A stretch of DNA of 50,839 nt from Nitrososphaeria archaeon. Lineage in GTDB: Archaea; Thermoproteota; Nitrososphaeria; Conexivisphaerales; UBA164. Shown here piece after piece: positions 10,379-19,325 of the stretch. The notes beneath the pieces were generated by a model. That model was not told where the DNA came from. It saw only the letters and a list, made by a program, of their open reading frames with translations, and did no database searches. Made by a program: the position numbers and the translations under genes. Each line of letters begins with the position of its first letter. Within the stretch, counting starts at the first letter, position 1. Location: contig JAWDMM010000005.1 in NCBI GenBank assembly GCA_046536595.1, forward strand, positions 1-50,839, read 5' to 3'.

Positions 10379-11293
10379 ATGAAAGTACTAGTTTGTGATC
10401 CGATAGATGAAGAAGGTATAAACATGCTTAAAGAAAAAGGGTTTGTTGTAGATTATAAACCAAGTATAACGGCTCAAGAACTTAAAAGTGTAGTTTCAGA
10501 TTACGATGCTTTGTTGGTAAGGAGCAGGACTAAAGTTACAAAAGAAATAATCGAAGCTGGTAAAAATCTTAAGGCTATAGGCAGAGCTGGCGTAGGCCTT
10601 GACAATATAGATTTAGAAGCCGCTAAGGCAAAAGGTATAAAGGTAGTAAATGTGCCTGAGTCTTTAACTCAGTCAGTAGTAGAGTTAGTGATCGGATTTA
10701 TGATAGCATTAAGCAGGTACATGTGCAGAGCGGATAAAACTATGAAAGAAGGTAAATGGTTAAAAACTGAATTTCTTGGTCATGAGCTAAAAGGTAAAAC
10801 TCTTGGCGTTGTTGGATTTGGGAGAATCGGTAAAGGTGTAGCTAAGGTCGCTCAAACTCTGGGCATGAAGATATTGGTTTACGATGTAATTTCTGTAGAC
10901 CAAAAAACTCTCATGGAATATGATGCAAAACAAGCAAGTTTAGAAGAAGTTTTAAAGGGTTCTGACTTTATTACGATTCACGTACCAGGTGGTCCACAAA
11001 CTTATCACCTTATAGATTTGCCAAAGCTTAAATTGATGAAGCCCAACGCTTTCATTATAAACACTTCTAGAGGTAATGTTATAAAAGAGGAAGATTTAGT
11101 ATACGCGTTAAAGAATAAATTGATAGCAGGAGCAGCTTTGGATGTATTTGAAGTTGAACCACCGACCAATAAAGAACTTTTAAGCTTAGATAATGTCATA
11201 TTAACGCCCCACATAGGCGGGGAAACAGTCGAAGCACAACGCTTGGCCGCAACTCTTACCGTATCTAGGTTAATAGAGGCGTTAGGGCAATGA
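10379..11293 (+). CDS. D-isomer 2-hydroxyacid dehydrogenase (SerA-like, no ACT domain)
   Basis: [34 protein letters not shown]. Confidence 0.9.
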   Translation: MKVLVCDPIDEEGINMLKEKGFVVDYKPSITAQELKSVVSDYDALLVRSRTKVTKEIIEAGKNLKAIGRAGVGLDNIDLEAAKAKGIKVVNVPESLTQSVVELVIGFMIALSRYMCRADKTMKEGKWLKTEFLGHELKGKTLGVVGFGRIGKGVAKVAQTLGMKILVYDVISVDQKTLMEYDAKQASLEEVLKGSDFITIHVPGGPQTYHLIDLPKLKLMKPNAFIINTSRGNVIKEEDLVYALKNKLIAGAALDVFEVEPPTNKELLSLDNVILTPHIGGETVEAQRLAATLTVSRLIEALGQ

Positions 11294-11712
11294 AAAACAT
11301 GTATGATTATATAAATGAAACATGGAACAAATATTATAAAGAAAAGCCAGAAGAATACAAACAATACCTGATAAAGTGGAGAAGCGAACCAAGAATTTTC
11401 AGAATAGAAAAACCAACTAGATTAGACAGAGCAAGATCTTTGGGCTATAAAGAAAAACAAGGCTACATAGTTGTAAGAGTTAGGGTCAGCAAGGGCGGAA
11501 TGAAGATTCAAAGACCATCTTCCGGAAGAAGACAGAAGCATGCAGGATCAAAGCTTATCTCAGGGCAAAAATCTAAAGAAGAAATTGCTTTGGAAAGGGC
11601 ACAAAAGGAATATGTCAATTTGAGGCCGCTCGGTTTGTATTACTTGGGGGAAGATGGTAAATACGTATGGTATGAAATAATTTTTTATGATCCAGCTATC
11701 GTTAAAAATTGA
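11290..11712 (+). CDS. rpl15e: 50S ribosomal protein L15e (short form)
   Basis: WRSEP...KPTRLDRARSLGYKEKQGY, EDGKYVWYEII..DP. Confidence 0.95.
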   Translation: MKNMYDYINETWNKYYKEKPEEYKQYLIKWRSEPRIFRIEKPTRLDRARSLGYKEKQGYIVVRVRVSKGGMKIQRPSSGRRQKHAGSKLISGQKSKEEIALERAQKEYVNLRPLGLYYLGEDGKYVWYEIIFYDPAIVKN

Positions 11713-12287
11713 CAGACGAAGAAAGGATCAAAAGGCTAATAAAAGATATTTATATGTCGAAAATTACTGGTGCTGAATTTTCGTTAAAAAATGAAGATAA
11801 AGATCTTCTATTAAAAAATAAATTAATAGATAATTATGGCAATTTAACAAATGAAGGACGTGAAAAAATAAAAGTTGTCTTGGCTGGAGGAGTTTTTGAC
11901 ATAATCCATCCGGGGCACGTTTATTTTTTAAAAAAAGCTAAAGAACTGGGAGACGTTCTTGTAGTTGTTGTAGCAAGAGATGTTAATGTTGTAAGGTTTA
12001 AGGGAGTTAAGCCTATGCATTCTGAAAACCTTCGTGCAGAACTTGTAGGGGCTATAAGATATGTAGATGTGTCAATACTAGGCGATGAAAAAGACCTTAT
12101 GAAAACGGTAGAAAGGGTTAAACCAGACATAGTTGCGCTCGGCTATGATCAGGTTCATGATGAAAAATGGATAAATTCAGAAGCTAAAAAAAGAGGTATA
12201 ATGCTACAGATTGTGCGTTTAGATTCTCCTTATCCTAACATAAAAAGCAGAAATATAAAGAATGATCCCAGGTTCGGATGGTTTTAA
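11709..12287 (+). CDS. ribL: FAD synthetase (cytidylyltransferase family) with N-terminal extension
   Basis: GGVFDIIHPGH, VVARD, LGYDQ. Confidence 0.8.
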   Translation: MTDEERIKRLIKDIYMSKITGAEFSLKNEDKDLLLKNKLIDNYGNLTNEGREKIKVVLAGGVFDIIHPGHVYFLKKAKELGDVLVVVVARDVNVVRFKGVKPMHSENLRAELVGAIRYVDVSILGDEKDLMKTVERVKPDIVALGYDQVHDEKWINSEAKKRGIMLQIVRLDSPYPNIKSRNIKNDPRFGWF

Positions 12288-12288
12288 T

Positions 12289-12615
12289 ATTAATGGGTTA
12301 AGGGGGCGAAAGCCCCCATCAGCGAGCTTTGGATAGCCCCCTTATAGAAACGTTTTTTAAAGCCTTCAACGCACGATCTTTACAGGCATAAACTGCCCTG
12401 AAGCCATGCAGACCTTGGTCGGTAAATACGCAATGCCTAGAACAAGGCCAGCACTCAGATCGAGTAAAAAAGCAATAAGGGGCTTTGTCTGTGTGACGCA
12501 GGCGAGATGCAAGATTGTTGAGCCTCTACAAGCAGCATGATGAAGTATTCCTCATGTAAAAGCAAGCGCGGCGATGAACAGAAAAGCCCTGACCTTTCGG
12601 TCAGGGTTAGTTCAC
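12289..12615 (+). mobile_element. Non-coding IS200/IS605-like mini-element, copy B
   Basis: gggttaagggggcgaaagccccc...gcccccttatagaaa, TATA, ...gcgatgaacagaaaagCCCTGACC tttc GGTCAGGG ttaGTTCAC. Confidence 0.85.
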
Positions 12616-12719
12616 TTCTTAAATACATTATCATAATTTTGAAGAAAAAACTAAAACTGAAAGTAGAACTCAAGCAATCTTACAAAGAATTTATAAACGT
12701 TCAGGTTTAAATTTAATTC

Positions 12720-13394
12720 ATGAAACAAGTAAAGATAAGGTGGTTAGGCCATGCAGCATTTGAAGTACAAAGTCAGGATATTGATATATTAATAGATCCC
12801 TGGCTTACAAACCCTCTTTCTCCAGTCAGGCCAGAAGAAGTTAAGCCTGATTATATCGTTGTAACGCATGACCATAATGATCATCTTGGTGAAGCCATAG
12901 AAATATCAAAAAGGACAGGCGCTCCCATAATAAGCGTTTATGAACTCGCTAATTATATAAACGAAAAAGGGGGAAAATCCATAGGGATGAACATAGGCGG
13001 CCCTGCAGTTTTAAAAAACGATCTATATGTATACCTTACGCAAGCTTTTCATAGCTCTACACATGGCTCTCCTACGGGAGCAATAATTTACATAAACGGC
13101 TTAAGTATCTATCATGCAGGTGATACAGGGTTGTTTGGAGATATGAAACTAATTGGGGAAGTTTACAGTCCAGATGTAGCCCTTCTTCCTATTGGAGGTT
13201 TCTTTACAATGAACCCTGAACAAGCGGCAGTAGCTGTCCAGTTAATTTCACCCAGATATGCTATACCAATGCATTACAACACTTTTGACGTAATAAAGCA
13301 GGATCCTTATATTTTTTCCGAAAAAGTAAAGAAACTTCGGCCTTCTACTGAAGTTTTAATATTAAAACCCGGTGAGTCAAGGGATTTAAGTTGA
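12720..13394 (+). CDS. Metallo-beta-lactamase-fold hydrolase (UPF0173)
   Basis: WLGHA, THDHNDH, YHAGDT, PMHYNTF. Confidence 0.9.
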   Translation: MKQVKIRWLGHAAFEVQSQDIDILIDPWLTNPLSPVRPEEVKPDYIVVTHDHNDHLGEAIEISKRTGAPIISVYELANYINEKGGKSIGMNIGGPAVLKNDLYVYLTQAFHSSTHGSPTGAIIYINGLSIYHAGDTGLFGDMKLIGEVYSPDVALLPIGGFFTMNPEQAAVAVQLISPRYAIPMHYNTFDVIKQDPYIFSEKVKKLRPSTEVLILKPGESRDLS

Positions 13395-14113
13395 CTGAAC
13401 TTTTATATCTTCAAGATAGCTACATAAAAGATTTTACAGCAAAAGTTCTAGAAGATTTTGGGGATTCTGTAGTTCTTGACAGAACTGCCTTTTACCCAGG
13501 TGGGGGTGGACAGCCTAATGATGAGGGCTGGTTTCTTCTAGATAACTTGACAAAATATGAAGTAAAAAAAGTAGAAAAAAGAGAAGACGTTGTGTTACAT
13601 TATATAATTAAAGAAAAATCTTTGAACATTGCAGGAAAAAGTATCAAAGGTCTACTGGACTGGGATAAGAGATACACGTACATGAGATATCATACAGCTA
13701 TACACCTGCTGGATGCTTTGATGAGAAAAAATTTTGGTAAAGCATTCCTGACGGGCGGGCAGATATACGCTGATAAAGCGAGAGTTGACGTTGATTATCC
13801 GGATTTGAACAAAAACATGATGCCGCAAATTGAATACATGGTAAACAGTGAAATAAAAAACGGTCGAGACGTGATTATAAAATTTTTATCCAAAAAAGAG
13901 GCAGAAAGCATTCCTGATATAGCAAGAACCAAGCCAGGACAGGAGCTTCTTAAAAAGCTTGAAACTGTCAGAGTTGTAGAAATTGCTGGTTTAGACGTTC
14001 AGATGGATGGGGGAACCCATGTTAGAAACATAAAAGAAATAGGAGGCATAAAGATAACTAATTTTGAAAACAAAGGTTCACATAACAAGAGGATAGAATT
14101 TGTTCTTACGTAA
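13391..14113 (+). CDS. alaXM: Alanyl-tRNA editing protein AlaX-M
   Basis: FYPGGGGQPND, MRYHTAIH, DGGTHV. Confidence 0.92.
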   Translation: MTELLYLQDSYIKDFTAKVLEDFGDSVVLDRTAFYPGGGGQPNDEGWFLLDNLTKYEVKKVEKREDVVLHYIIKEKSLNIAGKSIKGLLDWDKRYTYMRYHTAIHLLDALMRKNFGKAFLTGGQIYADKARVDVDYPDLNKNMMPQIEYMVNSEIKNGRDVIIKFLSKKEAESIPDIARTKPGQELLKKLETVRVVEIAGLDVQMDGGTHVRNIKEIGGIKITNFENKGSHNKRIEFVLT

Positions 14114-14191
14114 TACTACCATTATTTTTTCACATTATGTCATATGAATTTAACCTAACATTTTTTAAGACGTTATGAGCAATAAATCGCA

Positions 14192-14479
14192 TTGAAAATA
14201 AGAGATCTTTCAATCGGAAGCGCAAGAGTTAAGGTAGAGGGAAAAGTAGTAAATAAATCTGAACCTAAAACAGTAAAATTGTGGGATGGTAGAAATGCAA
14301 ACGTAGCAGACGCCCTTTTAGAAGATGGAAGCGGAAGCATAATACTAAGTTTATGGAATGAGCAGATAGAAATGGTAGACATAGGCGATAAAGTACAGAT
14401 CGTCAACGGCTACGTAAGCAACTTTAAAAAAGAAAAAAGACTTAATCTTGGGCGGTACGGTAAGATAATAAAAGTTTAA
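14192..14479 (+). CDS. ssb: Single OB-fold ssDNA-binding protein (crenarchaeal SSB type)
   Basis: DGSGSIILSLW, NGYV..F....LNLGRYG. Confidence 0.85.
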   Translation: MKIRDLSIGSARVKVEGKVVNKSEPKTVKLWDGRNANVADALLEDGSGSIILSLWNEQIEMVDIGDKVQIVNGYVSNFKKEKRLNLGRYGKIIKV

Positions 14480-15489
14480 AACTTTAGAAGAATCTTACCT
14501 ATGTGATTTCTTTTTTCCATTCTTATCTGAGCCTTATCGACGTCATCAATCGGAAAAACGCTATCTATGAGAGGTTTAATCCTTCCTTGTGAAACTAAAT
14601 TTAAAAGATCCAGAAGGTCCTTCCGTGTTCCAAGATAAACGCCAATCATATCTATATTGTTTGCATAAAGTAGTCGCAGATTCATCTGCATTTCTGACCC
14701 GGTAGTCATAGCCATGTTAATTATTTTACCTCCTTTTCTTACCAGTTTTAAAGCCGTGGATGTATAAACTCCGCCAAGGGCGTCAAAAACGGCGTCTACG
14801 CCATAATTATCAGTTAGCTTTAACACGTTTTCTGATAGCTTGTCATCCGGTTTTATTACTTCATCAGCTCCTAGTTTTTTAAGTATTTCAGCTTTCCATT
14901 CATAAGATGTAGTAGTTATTACTTTCATGCCAGTAGCTTTAGCTGTTTGAAGTGCTGCTACACCTGCTCCTCCGCTACCGCCTAAGATTAAGACAACTGA
15001 GCCGGGTTCTAATTTTGCTCTTTTTATTAATCCATGATATGCTGTTGTATAAGCAACTGGCAAAGCAGCAGCATATTCTAGTGACACGTTTTCGGGTAAT
15101 TTAAGAACGTTTTTTGCTGGAACGTTTACGAAATCAGCGAAAAATCCATCTTCATGCACTCCATAAATACCTCTATAAAAGCAGCTGTTCTCATAGCCAT
15201 TCAAACAGTTTTTACAAAAACCGCAGAATTTCATCGGATATAAAATTACTTTATCGCCCTTTTTGAAAATGCTATCTGATGGGTCTTCTACATAACCTGA
15301 AAGATCAGAACCAAAGACTCTTGGAAAAGGTTGTCCGGGCAGATCCATTCTCCCCCATATATCTACATGGTTTACAGAACCGAAAGCAGCTTTTACTAAT
15401 ACCCTACCGGGTTCGCTTTTTGGAACCTCTTTTTCTATTTTTTTTATGACTTCAGTTCCTCCTGGTTTTTCATATACGAATTCTTTCAT
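14476..15489 (-). CDS. Zn-binding MDR-family dehydrogenase/quinone oxidoreductase
   Basis: NHVD, GSD, CGFCKNC..C, GGSGGAG. Confidence 0.88.
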   Translation of the reverse strand: MKEFVYEKPGGTEVIKKIEKEVPKSEPGRVLVKAAFGSVNHVDIWGRMDLPGQPFPRVFGSDLSGYVEDPSDSIFKKGDKVILYPMKFCGFCKNCLNGYENSCFYRGIYGVHEDGFFADFVNVPAKNVLKLPENVSLEYAAALPVAYTTAYHGLIKRAKLEPGSVVLILGGSGGAGVAALQTAKATGMKVITTTSYEWKAEILKKLGADEVIKPDDKLSENVLKLTDNYGVDAVFDALGGVYTSTALKLVRKGGKIINMAMTTGSEMQMNLRLLYANNIDMIGVYLGTRKDLLDLLNLVSQGRIKPLIDSVFPIDDVDKAQIRMEKRNHIGKILLKF

Positions 15490-15554
15490 ATTTATCACTT
15501 AAAAACTTATGGAATTATTATAATTTAAATATACCTAATATAAAAAGTTAAGCG

Positions 15555-16691
15555 ATGAAATATTCGGTTCCGGCTAGGTTATTAGAGCTTGAAGAATCTG
15601 CTACTTTAAAGGCTTCTGAAAAAGCTAACGAAATGATTTCAAAAGGAATAAAAGTGTTCAAGCTAGATGTTGGCGAGCCTGATTTTCAAACTCCTAAAAA
15701 GATAATCGAGGCCGCTTATAACGCTATGTTAAAAGGGTTTACTCATTACGCTCCATCATCCGGTATTCCTCAGCTAAGGCAGGCTATAGCTGAAAGGTAT
15801 TCAGTAACTCAGTCAAACGTAATGGTTACTCCAGGCTCTAAGCAAGGAATATTTTATGCGCTGTACTCAATAATAAATCCTGGAGAAGAAGTTTTAATAC
15901 TCAACCCTTCTTGGTCAAGCTATAAACAGATAATTAAGCTATCAGGAGGTGTGCCTGTAGAGATAGATACCGATGAAAGCTTTACCCCAGATATAGACCT
16001 TATAAAAAAGAAAATATCTAAAAAAACTAAGGCAATAATAGTCAATTCCCCAAACAATCCTACAGGCGCTGTTTACGGAGATAAAACTGTAAAAGACCTC
16101 TCTCAGCTGGCTATAGAAAACGGGTTATTCATTATAAGCGACGAAATATACGACAGGCTTGTTTATGAGGGCGAGTTTGTTTCATTTAGGAAATACATGA
16201 AATACGAAGACGGTTTGATTTTAATTAACGGATTTAGCAAAGCCTATGCGATGACAGGCTGGAGACTTGGGTACATAATAGCATCTCCAGAAATAATTAA
16301 ACAGATGGCCAAACTGCAGGGACACACTGCAACATCTCCTACAACGTTTGCGCAAGTAGCCGCAGTAACTGCACTTAAAGAATGCGAAGAAGATGTTAGG
16401 TCTATGGTTAACGAATTTGCTGAAAGAAGAAAAATAATAATAGAGATGCTTGATAAAAAAGGGTTAAAATATGTTAGGCCTCAAGGCGCATTTTACTTTT
16501 TTGTAGATTTAGGGAATTATATAAAAAATGTAGACCCTGCCGAGTACCTCTTAGAAAAAGCAAAGGTAAGCGTCACAAGTGGCCTAGGCTTTGGCGATGA
16601 TTATTCATCATATGTAAGAATTTCCTACGCAACATCCAGAGAAACTATTATTTCTGGTATTGCAAATATATTTAATGCAATTGGAATTTAA
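15555..16691 (+). CDS. Class I PLP aminotransferase (aspartate aminotransferase-like)
   Basis: GEPDF, NSPNNPTG, SDEIY, SKAYAMTGWRLG. Confidence 0.92.
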   Translation: MKYSVPARLLELEESATLKASEKANEMISKGIKVFKLDVGEPDFQTPKKIIEAAYNAMLKGFTHYAPSSGIPQLRQAIAERYSVTQSNVMVTPGSKQGIFYALYSIINPGEEVLILNPSWSSYKQIIKLSGGVPVEIDTDESFTPDIDLIKKKISKKTKAIIVNSPNNPTGAVYGDKTVKDLSQLAIENGLFIISDEIYDRLVYEGEFVSFRKYMKYEDGLILINGFSKAYAMTGWRLGYIIASPEIIKQMAKLQGHTATSPTTFAQVAAVTALKECEEDVRSMVNEFAERRKIIIEMLDKKGLKYVRPQGAFYFFVDLGNYIKNVDPAEYLLEKAKVSVTSGLGFGDDYSSYVRISYATSRETIISGIANIFNAIGI

Positions 16692-17208
16692 CTTTGTTGC
16701 AACTACATACAGGAATTCAAGACATGAGCTTGAACATGAGTTAAAAGCGCTTTTGAAAGATTTTGAGCCAATTGTATTTTTTCCCTTAAAATTAAACAGC
16801 GTTTCTTACGGAAAGCTTAACGGAGATCCTATAAGGGCTTCGGAAATTCTGTGGAATTTAGCTTATTCAGATCCATGGAAAGTAAGGAGAACTCTCAGGT
16901 TTGTTCCTTTGGAAATCAATTGTAACGTTGAAACCATAGAATTAAAGAAAAAGGCAAAAGAAATAGCGGAAAAGATACCGGCAGGTTCAAGTTACAAAAT
17001 AGAGGCCGAGCTCAGATTTTCCGACCTAAATCAAAATGAACTCATTGAAATTATAGCTGAAGAAATAAAAAGAAAAGTAAATTTGGAAAAGCCTGAATAC
17101 ATAGTTGAAGTTCAGATTATAAATAAAAGTTGCGGAATGGCCTTGCTAAAGGAAAACATGATTTTTAAGAGTCTTGAAGCTAAGCTTGCAGGCAGCAATT
17201 TTCCTTAA
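16675..17208 (+). CDS. THUMP-domain RNA-binding protein
   Basis: LRFVP, SYKI...R, KVNLEKPE.IV.VQII. Confidence 0.8.
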   Translation: MQLEFNFVATTYRNSRHELEHELKALLKDFEPIVFFPLKLNSVSYGKLNGDPIRASEILWNLAYSDPWKVRRTLRFVPLEINCNVETIELKKKAKEIAEKIPAGSSYKIEAELRFSDLNQNELIEIIAEEIKRKVNLEKPEYIVEVQIINKSCGMALLKENMIFKSLEAKLAGSNFP

Positions 17209-17267
17209 TTATTTTTAAATAAAAACGCTAAAGTGTTTTTATATTGCCATTTATAATCAATTTTTGA

Positions 17268-17717
17268 ATGTCTGAGGAAGATCGCGCTTTCGACGAGTTA
17301 ACCGAGAATTTAGATTATTACACCAGAACAGAAAAGGGAAAACAACAGCTTCTGGAAGAACATAAAAAACGGGAAAAAAGGTTCATCGAAGAGCTACTGA
17401 AGTATTACAAACCTCAGAGAGATGTGATATGGATGAGCTCATACTGTAAAAATTGCATATATTTTGTAAAAAAGAGTAACGCTATAGCTAAATGCGAGTA
17501 TAACGACAGCAAACTTGTTAAACCGTTTTATGGCACTGCTGTATGGAAAATAGTAAAAGACCTTGTAAGTGGGAGATCTTCTTTTGAAGTAGAGGAAATA
17601 AGATGGGATCAGAAATGGATAGATGTAGCGAACGAAGAGATAGAAAATGCTATGCTTAAAATAAACGAAGGCAAACCTTATAGTTGTTATGTACCGAAAA
17701 GATCGTCTGAAGCTTAA
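17268..17717 (+). CDS. Hypothetical protein with CxxC and two more Cys
   Basis: 149-aa ORF with AT-rich upstream promoter region; YCKNC...KCE...SC. Confidence 0.6.
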   Translation: MSEEDRAFDELTENLDYYTRTEKGKQQLLEEHKKREKRFIEELLKYYKPQRDVIWMSSYCKNCIYFVKKSNAIAKCEYNDSKLVKPFYGTAVWKIVKDLVSGRSSFEVEEIRWDQKWIDVANEEIENAMLKINEGKPYSCYVPKRSSEA

Positions 17718-17774
17718 AAAAGTTTAAGTTTTAAGCTTATAAATAAGAAAAGCATACTTTTAAATAATAAGCTA

Positions 17775-19325
17775 ATGTTTTGGAAAAAAAAGACAGAAAA
17801 TAAGCAGGAAAACGAGGAAAAAGAACCAGAATATACTGTACAGTTTGTAGATCTAAAAAAGATAGAAACTTTAGGAAACGTTTTTGTAGGCATAGCTGTT
17901 GATGAGCACGGGAATTATGTTTACTATGTTTTGGAGCCTACGTTAAATCATGCTGAAATAAAGCTATTAGAAGACATTAAAAAATACTTGTTTGAGAAAG
18001 TTTCTTTCAATATAAACGAACCTCTAGAACAGATATGGGAGAGGATGAAAAGGCTCATCGATAACAGGCTTAAAGAACTAAAAATGATTGATAAAAGTGA
18101 AAAAGTTTACTATTACATAAAACGCGATTTGTTAGGTTATGGGAAGATAGACGTTATGCTTCATGATGAAGAAATAGAAGATATCTCCTGCAATGGTCCA
18201 AACATTCCTGTTTACGTGTGGCATCGTTTTTACGAAAGCCTTCCGAGCAACGTTACCTTTACCAGTAAAGATGAGCTTGATTCATTCGTATTAAAACTTG
18301 CTTATAAAAGCGGAAGAACATTAAGCTTTTCTAATCCCATGGTTGATGCAACTCTTCCCGAGGGGCACAGAATACAGATAACATTAGGAGGAGAAGTGAC
18401 AGGTAGAGGGACAAATTTTACAATAAGGAAGTTCAGGACTGATCCTATAACAATCATAGACCTAATTAACTTTAAAACTTTAAATGCAAAGTTAGCAGCA
18501 TATTTGTGGATAGCTATAGAGCATAATATGTCCTTACTATTAGCAGGTGGCACAGCGAGCGGAAAAACGACTACGCTTAACGCATTGACCATTTTTATAC
18601 CAATAAATTATAAAGTGATTACTATTGAGGATACAAGAGAACTTAACCTTTATCGTCAGAACTGGATATCATCTGTTTCGAGAGATGTACAGACCGACTT
18701 TGTAAAAAACATAAGTTTGTTTGACCTTTTAAAAGAAGCGCTAAGACAAAGACCTGATGTAATTATAGTAGGAGAAGTCAGGGGAGAAGAGGCTTATACT
18801 TTACTGCAGGCTATAGCTACAGGCCATGGTGGCTTATCATCGATACACGCTGAAACAATAGAAGCCGTAATAGAAAGACTTTCTACTAGACCCATGAACA
18901 TACCTAAGGATTTTATTGCGAGCACTTTAAACATGATAGGGTTACAGCTTAGGTTAAGTGTCGAAAAAAAGGTAACCAGAAGAATGATCGAGCTGGCAGA
19001 GGTAGTTGGTTATGATAGCAACACAGGGAAAGTTCTGTTAAAGGATTCATTTAAATGGGATCCGGCGACAGATGAAATAAAATATACTGGTGAAAGCAGG
19101 ATTGCAGAATTGCTAGAACAAAGGTACGGTATAAGCAGACAAGATTTTGAAAAAGAGCTTCATAGAAGAGAAATTTACCTTAAATGGCTAGCCATTAAAG
19201 GAATAAGAAAAATTGACAATTTATTGGAAATGATAAACAACTACAGAAAATCTCCAGAAGAAAGCTACTATCTGGCGCTTAACGAGCTTGGTTCATTTAC
19301 TAAAACAGAAAATCAGCTAGTTTAA
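17775..19325 (+). CDS. Type II/IV secretion/pilus ATPase (TadA/FlaI/VirB11 family)
   Basis: EDISCNG, FTIRKF, GGTASGKTT, LRQRPD.IIVGEVRG, TGHG...HA. Confidence 0.93.
   Translation: MFWKKKTENKQENEEKEPEYTVQFVDLKKIETLGNVFVGIAVDEHGNYVYYVLEPTLNHAEIKLLEDIKKYLFEKVSFNINEPLEQIWERMKRLIDNRLKELKMIDKSEKVYYYIKRDLLGYGKIDVMLHDEEIEDISCNGPNIPVYVWHRFYESLPSNVTFTSKDELDSFVLKLAYKSGRTLSFSNPMVDATLPEGHRIQITLGGEVTGRGTNFTIRKFRTDPITIIDLINFKTLNAKLAAYLWIAIEHNMSLLLAGGTASGKTTTLNALTIFIPINYKVITIEDTRELNLYRQNWISSVSRDVQTDFVKNISLFDLLKEALRQRPDVIIVGEVRGEEAYTLLQAIATGHGGLSSIHAETIEAVIERLSTRPMNIPKDFIASTLNMIGLQLRLSVEKKVTRRMIELAEVVGYDSNTGKVLLKDSFKWDPATDEIKYTGESRIAELLEQRYGISRQDFEKELHRREIYLKWLAIKGIRKIDNLLEMINNYRKSPEESYYLALNELGSFTKTENQLV

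Noticed and set aside
12289-12615. Reading the element as a minus-strand IscB/HEARO RNA
   Set aside because: The conserved BRE/TATA and the TnpB-type 3' motifs are on the + strand; not fully excluded.
12455-12673. Small ORFs overlapping mini-elements (also 28699-28902)
   Set aside because: Not conserved in frame between copies; no recognisable protein.
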